Shown: positions 1 to 10,975 of the stretch, piece after piece
Layout of the letters: each line of letters opens with the position of its first letter
Position numbering within the stretch: position 1 is the stretch's first letter
Assembly: GCF_006345805.1 (NCBI RefSeq)
Contig: NW_021834719.1
Location: 1 to 26,250 of the forward strand
Length of the DNA stretch: 26,250 nt
Direction: 5' to 3'
From: Octopus sinensis
Taxonomy: Eukaryota
The notes under the pieces: generated by a model
Databases searched by the model: none
The model's input: the letters and a program-made list of their open reading frames with translations, nothing else
What the model was told of the DNA's origin: nothing
Translations under genes and position numbers: made by a program

Positions 1-659
1 TTTGGCGATCATCTGTAGATAATAATATTGCATGTTTTGCCGTTTTACACGAGTATCTTGAAGAATCAAAATCATCATTGGACAATACAGTTCTTCAGGA
101 CATAAAAGATCATTTGATGATTTTGGACGATAACATTGCGAAATATTTTCCGGGTAAATTTGATGACGATTGGGTTCAAAACCCATTCAAAGTTAAAGTA
201 ATACCAGCAAATCTAATATCAATTGAATATGAACATCTTATTGATTTGAAATCAGAATCAGCGTCATATCAGTTATATAAAAATGAATCCCTTTTTAATT
301 TTTGGAGGGGATACATTTCAAAATATCCAGATATCTCAGAAAGGGCTATACGTAAACTATTACCTTTTCCAACGACTTACTTATGCGAGTCTGGGTTTTT
401 AATATATACATCCACCAAAACAAAATATAGAAATAAACTTAATGCTTCCGCTGATATGAGGATACAGTTGTCAACAATAACTCCTAACGTTACACAACTA
501 TGCTATGATAAAAAATTACCTCAATGTTCACATTAAAATTGTTTTTGGTTATTACTATTATGTTTTAAGTGAAATTATAATAATTGAATTGGAAGGGTTC
601 CGTAAAAAATAAATTAGCACAAAATGGTTCCGCGAGCACCTTAAGGTTGGGAACCACTG
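1..659 (+). mobile_element. 3' part of a Buster/ZBED5-type hAT transposon (dimerisation domain, ORF 78-536, plus right TIR)
   Basis: ORF contains LLPFPTTYLCESGF...TKYRNKL...SH*, typical of the hAT C-terminus. TIR ggttgggaaccactg at 645-659 is followed by atcTAgac (nnnTAnnn target pattern). Confidence 0.9.
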
Positions 660-667
660 ATCTAGAC

Positions 668-1060
668 CACCTAGTTGTCAAGTCCAAGTGTTCAAGAGAA
701 TGAATGAATATGGTTTATTTAATACAATGGCCATACGAAAGCATGTGGTGGCCTTTCTGGACAGATTCGCTTCTAAAAAACATATGAAATCCCAGGGATC
801 TTGCGCGAAGAGAACCGAAACTAGACTATCTGAGCTAGTCAGGAACAAGGCGCGACTGGAAAGCAAAAGAAGGAGGTGTTTCGAATCTGAGGACTCTGGA
901 AGTCTAAAGGCCCGAATCAACACCCTGAAGAGTCGGATCGACGAGCTGACTAAAGCAAACACAGATGAGGCATGGAAGAGAGAATGCTTAAAACTCAACA
1001 AGAAAAATCCTAAATTCTGGAAACTATACAAAATAATGAACGGGACTTCGGGGATTAAGT
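668..1060 (+). mobile_element. LINE ORF2 fragment (linker between APE and RT, Jockey/I-like)
   Basis: Basic helical segment ending AWKRECLKLNKKNPKFWKLYKIMNG resembles the W...L....FWK pre-RT motif. Confidence 0.55.
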
Positions 1061-1069
1061 GGTCGCTGT

Positions 1070-1450
1070 GACTTCGGGGATTAAGTTTCCCATATCCGTC
1101 TGCACACCCACGTCCATAGTTTGTTTTACAGAGATCTCAGAGCAGGTCTGGACTCCCTTCTCCGTAGCCCAGCTTTTCCTGGTAGACCATCGTTCCCTCA
1201 GATTTTTAGGATTGGCAATAGGTCCACAAGCCTGTCTAATCGGAGAGTCAATTTTTTCCTGGACGACGACTCGTCCCTTCCGGACGGGGTTCCATCCTGC
1301 TTCGGCTTGGGTTTCTCTCCCCCCACTGACTTTCGAGAACTTATTTCTTTGGGAAACTTTTGCAATAGGGCAACCTCCGTAGTTCGCCCAGTGATCAGAA
1401 GAGCCGCAGTTGACACACGTTCGGTGTTCAAGAGAAGATTCCGTCGAAAA
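1070..1450 (-). mobile_element. LINE ORF1 (gag-like) fragment
   Basis: Zinc knuckle CVNCGSSDHWANYGGCP in ORF 1055-1462. Confidence 0.7.
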
Positions 1451-1479
1451 TTTGAAATACAAATTAAGACAACAAAAAA

Positions 1480-1665
1480 ATGTTTAAAAACTTTTTTAAA
1501 TGTGGCAAATGCAAGAGTTGAAGCATCCTTTCGAGTTGCTCATATCCTTGGATCTGCTGGAAAACCTTTTTCAGACGGCGAACTTGTGAAAAGATGTATC
1601 ATGGAATCAGTTAAATGCATTGATCCCGACAGGGAGCATAACTTTGAAGCAATTCCACTTTCACG
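1480..1665 (+). mobile_element. hAT (GTF2IRD2/Buster-like) transposase N-terminal fragment
   Basis: ASFRVAHILGSAGKPFSDGELVKRCI...IPLSR motif. Confidence 0.8.
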
Positions 1666-1674
1666 TGAACGCCG

Positions 1675-1719
1675 AAATTTACCGATCCCCGAAATTGGCG
1701 GATTCGAGAGACTTTACTG
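1675..1719. repeat. Orphan pogo/Tigger-type TIR (right end) followed by TA
   Basis: Reverse complement reads cagtaaagtctctcgaatccgcc, similar to the TIRs at 18798 and 6506. TA at 1720-1721. Confidence 0.7.
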
Positions 1720-1964
1720 TATTAACAATACAGGTAATAGGGATGAAGAATTTCATAATTATGATTCGATTTGTCACAAGATTCTTTCCGAAACATTCAT
1801 TATTTTCTCGGCAACAAGTCTTTAATCATCCAGAATGATTGAGAACAAATGATTGATTTTTTTGAGAACAAAAGGATAGTACGAGACCATGAAATTGAGA
1901 AGACAGTTTAAAAACGATACATTATGTATATGTCCATTAGTCTGAAAAGAACAAAAACATTCCT

Positions 1965-2195
1965 TTCGTAATCATCAAAATTGGCATTAAAAATGCCTTC
2001 AACTCGATACGATGTGATACAATTCTGGAGGATTGCTTTACATACTACCCATCAGTGTATAGCTATATTCATAGCTCATATGGAAAACCATCCAGTCTGG
2101 TGCACGGCCAATATTACATTCCATCGTGTTCTGGAATCCAACAAGGAAACCCACTGCCTAACCCTGAACACCAATAAATGTGAAGTTATCAATTT
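1965..2195 (+). mobile_element. CRE-like reverse transcriptase fragment with internal deletion
   Basis: Manual translation KNAFNSIRCDTIL...SYGKPSSL...SGIQQGNPL, joined directly to LTLNTNKCEVI. Confidence 0.75.
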
Positions 2196-2199
2196 TAAA

Positions 2200-2271
2200 G
2201 ATCAAAATAATATAAATTAATATAAATTTAATTCAAAAAGGATCAAAATAATATAAATTTAATTCAAAAAG
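2200..2271. repeat. Imperfect AT-rich tandem duplication
   Basis: gatcaaaataatataaatt and aatataaatttaattcaaaaag each occur twice. Confidence 0.8.
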
Positions 2272-2544
2272 TCAATATTGGTTGAGATTAATTAATTGAT
2301 AAAATAAATACAAATTCACTTGCAAAATAAACTTTATTCAGGATATTTTAGCAGTAGTCAAATTAATTAATCATCAAACAAATAAAAAACGGAAATATTA
2401 TAAAAATAAAACATTGATTGTACAAAATAATAGAATAACAATTAACAACAGAAGAAAATAATATAACGTGCTTTACAAGTGAATAATATATCATATTTAA
2501 TTCGATAAATTAAGAAGATTTTATTTTTCAAAATAAATAAATAA

Positions 2545-3371
2545 TTAAACGAGTCCCAGTTAACACACTTTCTATAACACTCAGCCGCAGAGTTGAACTG
2601 GTTCCGTCTGTGCGGACTCCCACATCGTAGATAGCGCTACTGTTCCTAATAAAATCTAGAAATATGTCCAAATTTCTGACATCTGAAGCACTAGACTTCT
2701 GGTTTTTTAAACCTTCTGAATAAAATTTTATTGAAACCTATCTTCATTTCTAATTCTACCAGAGATTGGGCTTTGGTCTTGTTCTGCATCGTGAGTTTTG
2801 CCACCGGAAAAGGCATTCCTTTACAAACGAATGAAACTAGGAGAGATTGAACAGGATACCAGGTTGAACAGGTCTACCAAAGCATTTTCTGTTACCTAGT
2901 AAAGTAGGTTTAGTATTACTAGTTTTTAGTTCCGCGGTGTCAAATATTCAATTGAGTGTCCATAAAGACTTAAAAGAAGATTCCGCTCCCAATCATAAAT
3001 AAAGTCGTTTATATCCTCTGCATTCCAAAATATAAGTTCGTAAAGATTCATTATGGTGTTGCGAAGTCCGGGCCCTCGGGGCGGTTGGAGATTCACAAAT
3101 TATATTTGCGAATTGGATCAAATCAATTGTAGTGTTAGTCGAACATACAAGAATAGTTAGTAGAATATTTTAACCCCAACAAACTTCTAACAACAACGTG
3201 ATTCATACAAAATGGCGCATGCTTTTGAATTTGTTAAGATCGCTGACTTTGCTGAAACCTTTACCTTTAAATGGCTCCGCTCTAGCCACTTGGCAAAAGC
3301 AAAGAAAAAACAAGACTCCTAAATATCAAAAATTCACAACAATTCAAAACACATTGGATTCGTATTTGATT
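2545..3371 (-). mobile_element. Degenerate LINE ORF1 (gag-like zinc knuckles) with possible 5' UTR
   Basis: Manual translation CFRCQKFGHISR...LRCGSPH...RKCVNWDS with several stops. The upstream boundary is uncertain. Confidence 0.65.
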
Positions 3372-3713
3372 ATTTATTCTTTCACGTTTTTCGTTTTTTT
3401 GTTACGCTTGACTCTTCTTTTAAAACACTTTAATCCGATCGATTAAATTGGAGGGAGTTAAATTGATGGTTATGACACTCCTCTCAAATATATTTTCACT
3501 GCAAAAAAGATACATTCATTTAGAGCATAAATCAGATTGTAAACTATTGATTAGTGTAAATACTAGACGTAATTGAAATCATATTTTCAATATTTTGCAA
3601 AATAAATTAAAACTAATCGGCAGTTAAAATAAATTATAGTGCTAAAATCATATAAAAAGAAGCTACGACGCAGAAAGTATTAAATTACGAGAGGTGCGGA
3701 TTAAAATTACAAT

Positions 3714-4151
3714 ATGGACTCTTCAATTGATTCAGACAAATTCTCCGAACTATCACGTGTTAATGACCTAGTCAACAACAATATATTGGATGAAAGTAAC
3801 TTTGCTTTTCTAAATATAGACTTACTCGTTAAAAGTAGAAAACCAGGTAGACCCCAATCATCAAATAAATCTGAAGATCGAAACAGTTCGGCAAAGTAGT
3901 ATTTTTTAGATACTTTATTGCTCAGTATTGAAAAAAGGAGAAAAAATGCAGATCATGAAAAACAAAGACGAAAAAAAGAAAATGAAGACATCGAAGAATT
4001 AAAAGCGCTGATGAATATTCCATCTAAGCCCAGAAATAAAGGCTTATTACAAATAGGAGTGGCACTCGAATATTACAAAGAAGCACTTATGGAAGAAATT
4101 AAGAATTTTTTAATGAAAATAGAGGAAAAAATAAAAAGTTATGAAGAGTAG
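3714..4151 (+). CDS. Small bHLH-like protein with AT-hook-like motif; two exons (intron 3896 or 3899 to 3925)
   Basis: Two same-frame ORFs are joined by a 27 or 30 nt GT..CAG intron. Contains RKPGRP, then RRKNADHEKQRRKKENEDIEELKALM (basic region/helix 1) and ALEYYKEAL (helix 2-like). TATAAAAA at 3651. Confidence 0.55.
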
Positions 4152-4165
4152 GCGTGCAGAAGATA

Positions 4166-4830
4166 TAGTGGGTCAAATTAGTCTTTGGACACCTTTTTAT
4201 TTATAATAAAATTTTATTTTCTATAACATAACTGTTTTTATTTATTTTTCAAAAAAGATAAAAGTGCACATAGTTTTTTTTACATCATAGATCATTAAAA
4301 AATAAGTTTATTAATAAAAAGAAACTAATTAATTAAGTAATTTTCTAAGTCCAAAGCCTTCGAAGTGAGCAGAGGATGGCACTCCACGCACCTCTCTCCC
4401 TTCAAAAAAATTACAAAATTATTTTAATTTATAGAAAAAGTTTTCATTTATTTTCAAGAGCTGGAATATTAAGTGCTGATTAGTTTTGAAAATCAATCTG
4501 AAAAATTTCTAAAGTGTTCATATTCCGAAGAGTACAGTATGGAACATTATCAATAAATAGAAATTATTAAAAACTACCAAAATTAAGCCAAGAAAAAAGT
4601 GCTAATAATCCGAAACTATCTTGTAAACAACTCTACTTACTTGGGCGAGGTGGGATCACTAGTATGCTCACAGATCGTTACAAATGTTTCAAGAATAGAA
4701 GGATTTCATAAATGTCGTCCACGTAAAGTTCGGCTGCTTATTAAGAATCACGCCATGCACGGTTAAAATATGCCAATTTTAAATAATATTATTTGGTCAA
4801 ATGAGAGAAAGATGAAAAATTTTGAGCAGA
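4166..4830 (+). mobile_element. Tc1-like remnant (left TIR and decayed transposase)
   Basis: TA + (t)agtgggtcaaattagtctttggacacc TIR-like end. GFHKCRPRKV...RLKYA and IIWSNERKM (WSDESK motif). Confidence 0.7.
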
Positions 4831-5215
4831 ATTATACAAGTTGGTTCATGTCAGCAGGAGGTTGGTTCATGTCAAAAATAAAAATAACGGGTACTGGTGC
4901 TTTAAAAAGTTAGTTATTAGATTTATCAAAGAATGGAATTTTGGGTAGAGGTATAGGGACGTTTAAAGAGCAGTGTCATCTTTGAATCGAATGTAATAGT
5001 AATCTAAAAATAACCTACATTATTTTTTAAAAATCAATTATTAATTTCGCTAAATTTAACAACAATTTAAAAGTGTTTTGAATATACACAGTGCTTAAAA
5101 ATGCAGAAAAAATTCGATAAAAGCAAATTCTAAAAATTTTTGTAAAAATTGATTACAATAACTTTCAAAGTTAACATTAGAGGTACTATATTTATTTTAT
5201 CATTGTGAACTAATT

Positions 5216-5437
5216 TTTTTTTAATTAGTCTTTTTTTAATGAATAAGAGAAATCGTCAAAAAAATCTAGCTATTATGAACTGGCTCGCAGGATTGAAAGA
5301 CAATTCCCGTGTAAAACAGCCAGCGAGATCCTCTGAATAAGGAATATAAATTCCCTCGGATCTCTGGAGCAAAAAACAAGACTCCTAAATATCAAAAATT
5401 CACAACAATTCAAAACACATTGGATTCGTATTTGATT
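5216..5437 (-). mobile_element. Chimeric retro-insertion: 67-bp copy of 3305-3371, CRE-like 3' end and A-rich tail
   Basis: 14-bp direct repeat attgtgaactaatt at 5202-5215 and 5435-5448. Encodes DPREFIFLIQRISLAVLHGNCLSIL*. Confidence 0.8.
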
Positions 5438-5476
5438 GTGAACTAATTCTAATTCGAAATATCATTTTCTAGACAA

Positions 5477-5620
5477 GTGATATCGTCGGTGGAAAAGCAA
5501 AGATTTTGAAACATAGTTTAGAGAGAAGGGAGACGCTTTGGCTTTTCCAGATGAACTCATTTGTGATGGTAAGATTAAACTGCATGGATATCTGCGGCGA
5601 TACCGATATTGGACTCGTGG
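5477..5620 (+). mobile_element. Degenerate CRE-like 3'-end fragment
   Basis: RRETLWLFQMNSFVMVR resembles RE.SWLFQRISLAIVR. Confidence 0.5.
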
Positions 5621-5669
5621 AATAAATCAAATTTGTAATCTCTCTACATGGCTAGTCATTGAACATCTG

Positions 5670-6170
5670 AAGAAAAAGGCAGAATAATTAGCATATATAA
5701 ATCTGGAAAAACAGACAGAGAAATACAAGATATCACCCAAAGATTGCTCGGCACGATATCGCAAATTATCAGAAGCTATTTAAATAATTGCTCGACGGAG
5801 AAAAAAATCGGGTCTGGTCTACCATCGTTCCTCAATCGTCAAGAAATATTTTAAATTAAAGAGGCTTGAAAAGTGGGTGTCAATTTAAACTGTTTTAAAT
5901 TTGCCAAACCATTTACAGAAAAAGCAGGGAATATTTCGGCAATAGAGGCACTTTTTTCAAGTAAATAATATCGAATTGCTACCATGACCTGCACAAAGCC
6001 CAGATTTAAACCCTATAGAGAATGTTTGGGCCTTTATTAAAGAAAAAATCAAAGAAAGAGAATTTTTGAAAAAGGCACATTTATTTGCAAAAATATCATC
6101 CATTTGGAATGAACTCAAAATAGAATACGCAAAAAATCTTATTAATAGCCTAATTGAGGACATACTAGAT
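5670..6170 (+). mobile_element. Internally deleted Tc1-like transposase
   Basis: HTH-like KGRIISIYKSG... and the DDE signature LP*PAQSPDLNPIENVW. Confidence 0.85.
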
Positions 6171-6505
6171 TCTAAATAAATTTAAGGAAATTGATAAAAT
6201 CTTAATTTAAATATAACAGAAATTCACTTTCTGAGACAAGAGCTACGATTTAATTATATCACTACTGAAAAAAGAATGACATCACTATAATCCAAATGCG
6301 TTTCCATGGTTTGATTAGAATCTATGGTTTGATTAGTTTGGATGGGTAAACCTGTTCGAGATGGTGCACGCTTCATATCACCCAGAGCACGTTGAATAAT
6401 CTATTTTTAATAATAGATTGGGCTCGTAAATATATATGACTTCACCATGTGAGAGTCTGTAAAAAATTTATCAGGCGTCCTTAAAGGTTGAGTTAATCCT
6501 AAATA

Positions 6506-7440
6506 CAGTGAAACCTCTCCAATCCGCTCCTCAAGTATTACGAAAAATAATTTTTTATTTAATTGTAAGTTAAATTAATTAACATTTTAAAATTTAAATT
6601 GTATTTTTGTGATGCGTCGTTGTGTCGGACTTTCTATTAACGAAAAAATTTCTATACTATGTTATATTTCTGACAACCCATTTATTTCTGCACCTCAAAT
6701 TTCCAGGATTTTTTCTTCACGATTAAAAAGAAAATTTCTCCGACCTTAAATCAAAATCGGACCTTTTGAATAGAACTGATATCCAAAAATTAAACATAAC
6801 GAGAATTCCAAAACTCAAATTTAATGAAATTGATGTAGCGATGATAAGTTGGATTGACTTAATGGAATCTAGTGGAGCAATTCTATCAGATTCGATGTTA
6901 ATTGCAAAAGCTCTTAAATTTGGAAAAAATGATCCAGAATTTAAAGCAAGTCGTGGGTGGGTAGAAAAGTTTAAATTACGAAATGGTATCAAGTTAAGAA
7001 AATTTTATCGAGACAGTGTATCAGTAAATCATGATGAAAAATCTATTACTGATTTTAATGAAACAATCAGTTTAAAAATTGATTTTCTTTACTATTATGC
7101 GCAAATTGTTCTGGTTCCGATAAAAGAAGGCCTGTAATGATAGGATGATTCAAAATTCCAAGGTGTTTTATAAATTTCAACATTTGAAAATATGTTACCT
7201 ACACCCATTCCAAAAAGGCATGGATAAACCGTGAAATTTTCAACAAGTGGCTCAATGATTTTGATTGTGAACTTGCGAAGAAAAAAAGAAAAATTCTACT
7301 TGCAATAGATCGATTCCCATCTCATCAAATTATTGTCACGTTAAACTCTATTGAAATTCTTTTTTTGCCTCCTAGAACTTCCTCGGTCTTACAACCAATG
7401 GATCAAGGAATTATAAAATGCTTTAAGCCAGGATTTGAAA
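6506..7440 (+). mobile_element. pogo/Tigger-like transposon remnant
   Basis: TA + cagtgaaacctc TIR. CENP-B HTH motif FKASRGWVEKFKLRNGI and DDE region FLPPRTSSVLQPMDQGIIKCFK, with frameshifts. Confidence 0.9.
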
Positions 7441-7573
7441 ACAAATGATATAATCTAAAAGGTTGAGGCAGGGGAAAATTGTCAGAATCAATTAATGCAA
7501 TCACCCTTATTTGATTTGAGTACGAAGACATTTTAGATATAAAAACAGCGTGCTATTTTGAATATAAAATTTA

Positions 7574-7693
7574 AGGAGAAATGATCATCGGGAACGGACA
7601 TGACTTTTCCAACGCATATCAATAGCCATCTTGCGTGGGAATTGCCATTCCATCTTATCTTCTGCTAATAATTAAATACGTGTTCAAAAAAAA
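7574..7693 (+). mobile_element. Short CRE-like 3'-end copy with A tail
   Basis: DHRERT*LFQRISIAILRGNCHSIL. Close copy of 13393-13510. Confidence 0.8.
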
Positions 7694-7799
7694 TTAAGGA
7701 TAAACACAATAAAAGAAATGTTAATACATTAAATCTGAAACATTAAAATTAACATGTATAAATACTTGTATTATATTTAAATTCAAATATTTTATTAAA

Positions 7800-7890
7800 T
7801 ATATTATCGCTCCCTTTGACTTAATTATCGCCCCCCTGTACAGAATTTTTGCCCCTAGGGGGGGTATTCGCCCCCGGCTGAGAACACCTG
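7800..7890. repeat. Orphan hAT terminus
   Basis: GC-rich subterminal cgcccc repeats ending ggctgagaacacctg (CAGGTGTTCTCA on the minus strand). Confidence 0.65.
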
Positions 7891-8292
7891 CATCAGGAGA
7901 TAGAAAATGCGACCAAAAAAATTGGAAGTGTCCTTGAGAAAGAATTTGCATTTTGAATCTAAATTAAACAAAAAAGAGGGAAACAAAGCAGAAGAGGCAT
8001 ACTTTTCTCATTAATTTTCTTTCCCTTTTCGGCTTTTCCCTTTGAATAAATAATAATTCATTTATTCAACGAGAGGACACATGTGTAGATTCAATCGTTT
8101 GGCTGCTGACTCCAGAGAAACGTGGTATGATTAAAATAATCTTGTGGTAGATAATTTAGTTGACTATAATTATGCTAATTATATATTAAGAGTTTCTAAT
8201 TATCAAAATAAAACCAATTCAATTACAGAATACATCATTTCGATTACATCAATAAATTAATTTATATTTAATCGTAAAAACTAATTTCCAGC

Positions 8293-8720
8293 TCAATAGA
8301 CCATCCTCCTCTTTGCCCCAACACGGACAACCTTGACCGGTCTCCAAACTTCTTTTAGGCAATCTAAAGGATCATTCTTCTTTTCCCGGATGGGACGACT
8401 TTCATCAGGTTCCAATTCATAGTTCCATCGCTCTTCCTCTCGATTAATGTTATTATAGGAGTAGGACTCTTTTTCAAATGCTCCCGTCATTAAGTCGGTT
8501 TCGTCGAGTTTCTGATTTATGTTGTTATCAAGAAAAGTTATATTTTCTTCAAAACCGTCGTCCTTTTGGGACATCATTCCATGTTTATAATCGATGCACA
8601 TACTTTCAAGAGTCTTCATGATAATAGTTTGGATGTATGCTCTTACAGGGTACTCAATTTTCAGACCATTCTGGTATTGTTTGTAGTATTTACTGACAAT
8701 GGAATCCCAACAGAATATTT
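8293..8720 (-). mobile_element. C-terminal remnant of a second REL-type non-LTR family (R4/Dong-like)
   Basis: WDSIVSKYYKQY...VRAYIQTIIMKTLESMCIDY resembles the WDGIVTKYH...AYIQ...KTLESIS tail motif as I recall it. Confidence 0.45.
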
Positions 8721-8999
8721 AATATTCTGATAATTCTGTGAAGTTAACAATATATTTTATCAATTCTGGGCTGATAACTCAAAAATTTCTACATCTGCAC
8801 GTTCGCTTAACATCACACGCACATGCATTCAGTCATTTACTATAAAGAAAACCCTTCAGAAAAACGACGTTTAACAGTGGAAAATGAAGAATAAAAGAGA
8901 TTTATCACCAAATAAGTGTGTTTACAACATATCCAGTGCCTGCCAGTACCTCGATAAGAAAGAGGCGGCTTTTCTACCTGAATCACTATGCGAATAGAG

Positions 9000-9962
9000 G
9001 ATGTATTTATTTTTCTTATTTTATTTAACAACCAAGACCACGGTAAAAACCGAACAAACGTCACGTGATCCCGATGCACTCGACCAGGGACCTCATCCTC
9101 GCTCGGTGATCTTTCCACGAGCCCACACAAGAACGCACCGGGCGGCTGGCCGTTTTTGACGGGGAATTTGCAGACGGACAGAGGTTCAGCTTGATAAGAT
9201 CTTCCAGAGGAGCCGGAGCGGGGCGTTCGTTATCGTGTGACCAACGATCGGTAAATCTGTGGGCCCTTTGTTAGACCTCCTCGATTCGCCTCCTTTTTGT
9301 ACCACAATAACCGCGGACCCCATGATCCGCAGGCGTAGGAAATTGACGGTTCGAAGTATTGGCAGTAGATATTTGTCAGTACCGGATGTGAACCGTTTTT
9401 TATAAGCCGGATAAAGTTCTGAGGACGTTCAATTTCTTTTCGCATTTGCGAAGGAGGTTATCTGCGTGCGGGGAGAAACAGAGGTGCATGTCGAGGGTTA
9501 CCCCTAGGACCGTCTGACTACTGTAGAAGGGTACGGACGCATTGTTCGGCTTCAAATCAACTGAAGTCCTTCCCAATCTTTTGTCCGATGTGAAAAGGGA
9601 CGTGGCGGACTTCGCCGCGTTTACCACGAGTCGGTTGACCGTGAGCCATAGGTTCAGCCGATTCAAGTCAGCTTAGAACCTTCCAAAGGCTTTCTAGATG
9701 TCCCGGTCCCGTGAGGCTAATACGATGTTGTCCGTGTATGAGAGGACAATGTCATTATTATCCAGGGAGGGCGGGAGATCTTCCAGAAAAAAGTCGAAAA
9801 GGGCCGGGGATAAATGAGATCCCTGGGGTATTCCGTTGGGCAGAAGACGAGATGTGGACTTTAAGCCTCCGAGGCAGACACTTCCCTTTCGTCCACTTTG
9901 GAAGTTGATGATCCATAGTTTGAGTTTCGGAGGAAATTTAGTTTGGAATATTTTCCTTTATA
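9000..9962 (-). mobile_element. 5'-truncated Jockey/I-like LINE (RT 3' half and 3' UTR)
   Basis: GIPQGSHLSPALF, SYTDNI (YADD position), LGVTLDMHLCF, and an A-rich tail near 9005-9030. Confidence 0.85.
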
Positions 9963-9980
9963 AGAGATTATTTAATTAAT

Positions 9981-10634
9981 TTGGATGACGACTGCCTGAG
10001 GATCGGGATCTCCCTCCGGCTTGGCCTTGACATATGCAGCATCCTCCGATGCCGATGTGGAGCCAAAGTCGACGATAAAGGGCTCCACCCTCTTTCGTGT
10101 CGCAGGAGTGCCGGTCGAAGTCCCCGCCACGCCTCGCTAAATTACGTCGTGCTTAGAGCCCTCAAGGCTGCAGGCTTCCCGCCACAACTTGAGCCTGTCG
10201 GATTGGACCGTGGTGACGGCAAACGCCCAGACGGAATGACAATCTTTCCTTTTCGGGACGGCAAGTGCCTCGTCTGGGATGCTACGTGCATCGACTCTTT
10301 CTCTCCATCGGCAATCATGTCACTTCCTCCGGGTCCGCTGCGGAAAAGGCTCAGACGGCCAAAATTAAAAAATACCAAGAACTTGGACGCCGTTTTATAT
10401 TCGTACCAATCGCTTTGGAAACATCGGGGGTCGCAGGGCCTCTAACCTCGGCCTTCATCAGCGACATCGGGAGGAAATTGGCCCACAGGACGAAAGTGCA
10501 ACGCGAGGTTTCGTGGCTATTCCGCAGGAGGGTGCGTGCTTTATCCCCCCGGAGTTTCCCCTCTGTACATTCCTAACTTAATTTGTTTTCTCTCAAAAAA
10601 AATTAATTTAAGTTATGTATCGATCAAAAGGAGA
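9981..10634 (+). mobile_element. 5'-truncated CRE-like retrotransposon (zinc finger and REL endonuclease)
   Basis: CRCG...HPLSC, RH, KRPDG, WDAT and K..KY motifs. 16-bp TSD agattatttaattaat at 9965-9980 and 10635-10650. Confidence 0.9.
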
Positions 10635-10899
10635 AGATTATTTAATTAATACTTAAGTTCTTTGAATTGATGTTTCTATTAAGATACGATATAATTTATA
10701 TTGTATCTCTATTAAGGGTTTTAATAGAATCCAAAACTCTTTTAGGAAAAAGCTGAAATCGTGGCAGTGACCCTCGAATTTCCTCTTTTTCTATATATTA
10801 AAAATATCAGTGCCAGCTATTTTAGAAAAATTAAAATGATACTTTGTATAGTTTTGGAATTAACTAACTTTGATAAAACCCAATCCAATTTATCCATCA

Positions 10900-10975
10900 A
10901 TCTGAAAAAGACGAGCTGGCTTTTTCATTGAATCTTGGTCGCTTTGCTCCGCGAAAATTGCCATTCAATACGTAG
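10900..10975 (+). mobile_element. CRE-like 3'-end fragment
   Basis: KTSWLFH*ILVALLRENCHSI. Confidence 0.6.

Noticed and set aside
925-945. Hammerhead-like CTGAAGA followed by a gtcg/cgac stem
   Set aside because: It is followed by GAG rather than GAAA, stems I and III were not found, and it lies in a LINE coding fragment.
1121-1825. 234-aa ORF as a real gene
   Set aside because: It reads through antisense LINE ORF1, a hAT fragment and a pogo TIR, so it is a chance fusion.
6250-6490. Possible minus-strand mini-exons (IIQRALGDMKRAPSRTG...)
   Set aside because: No start codon, no recognisable domain and weak splice sites.
8060-8130. TCVDS and DSRETW words suggesting another collapsed CRE piece
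   Set aside because: Too short to distinguish from chance.
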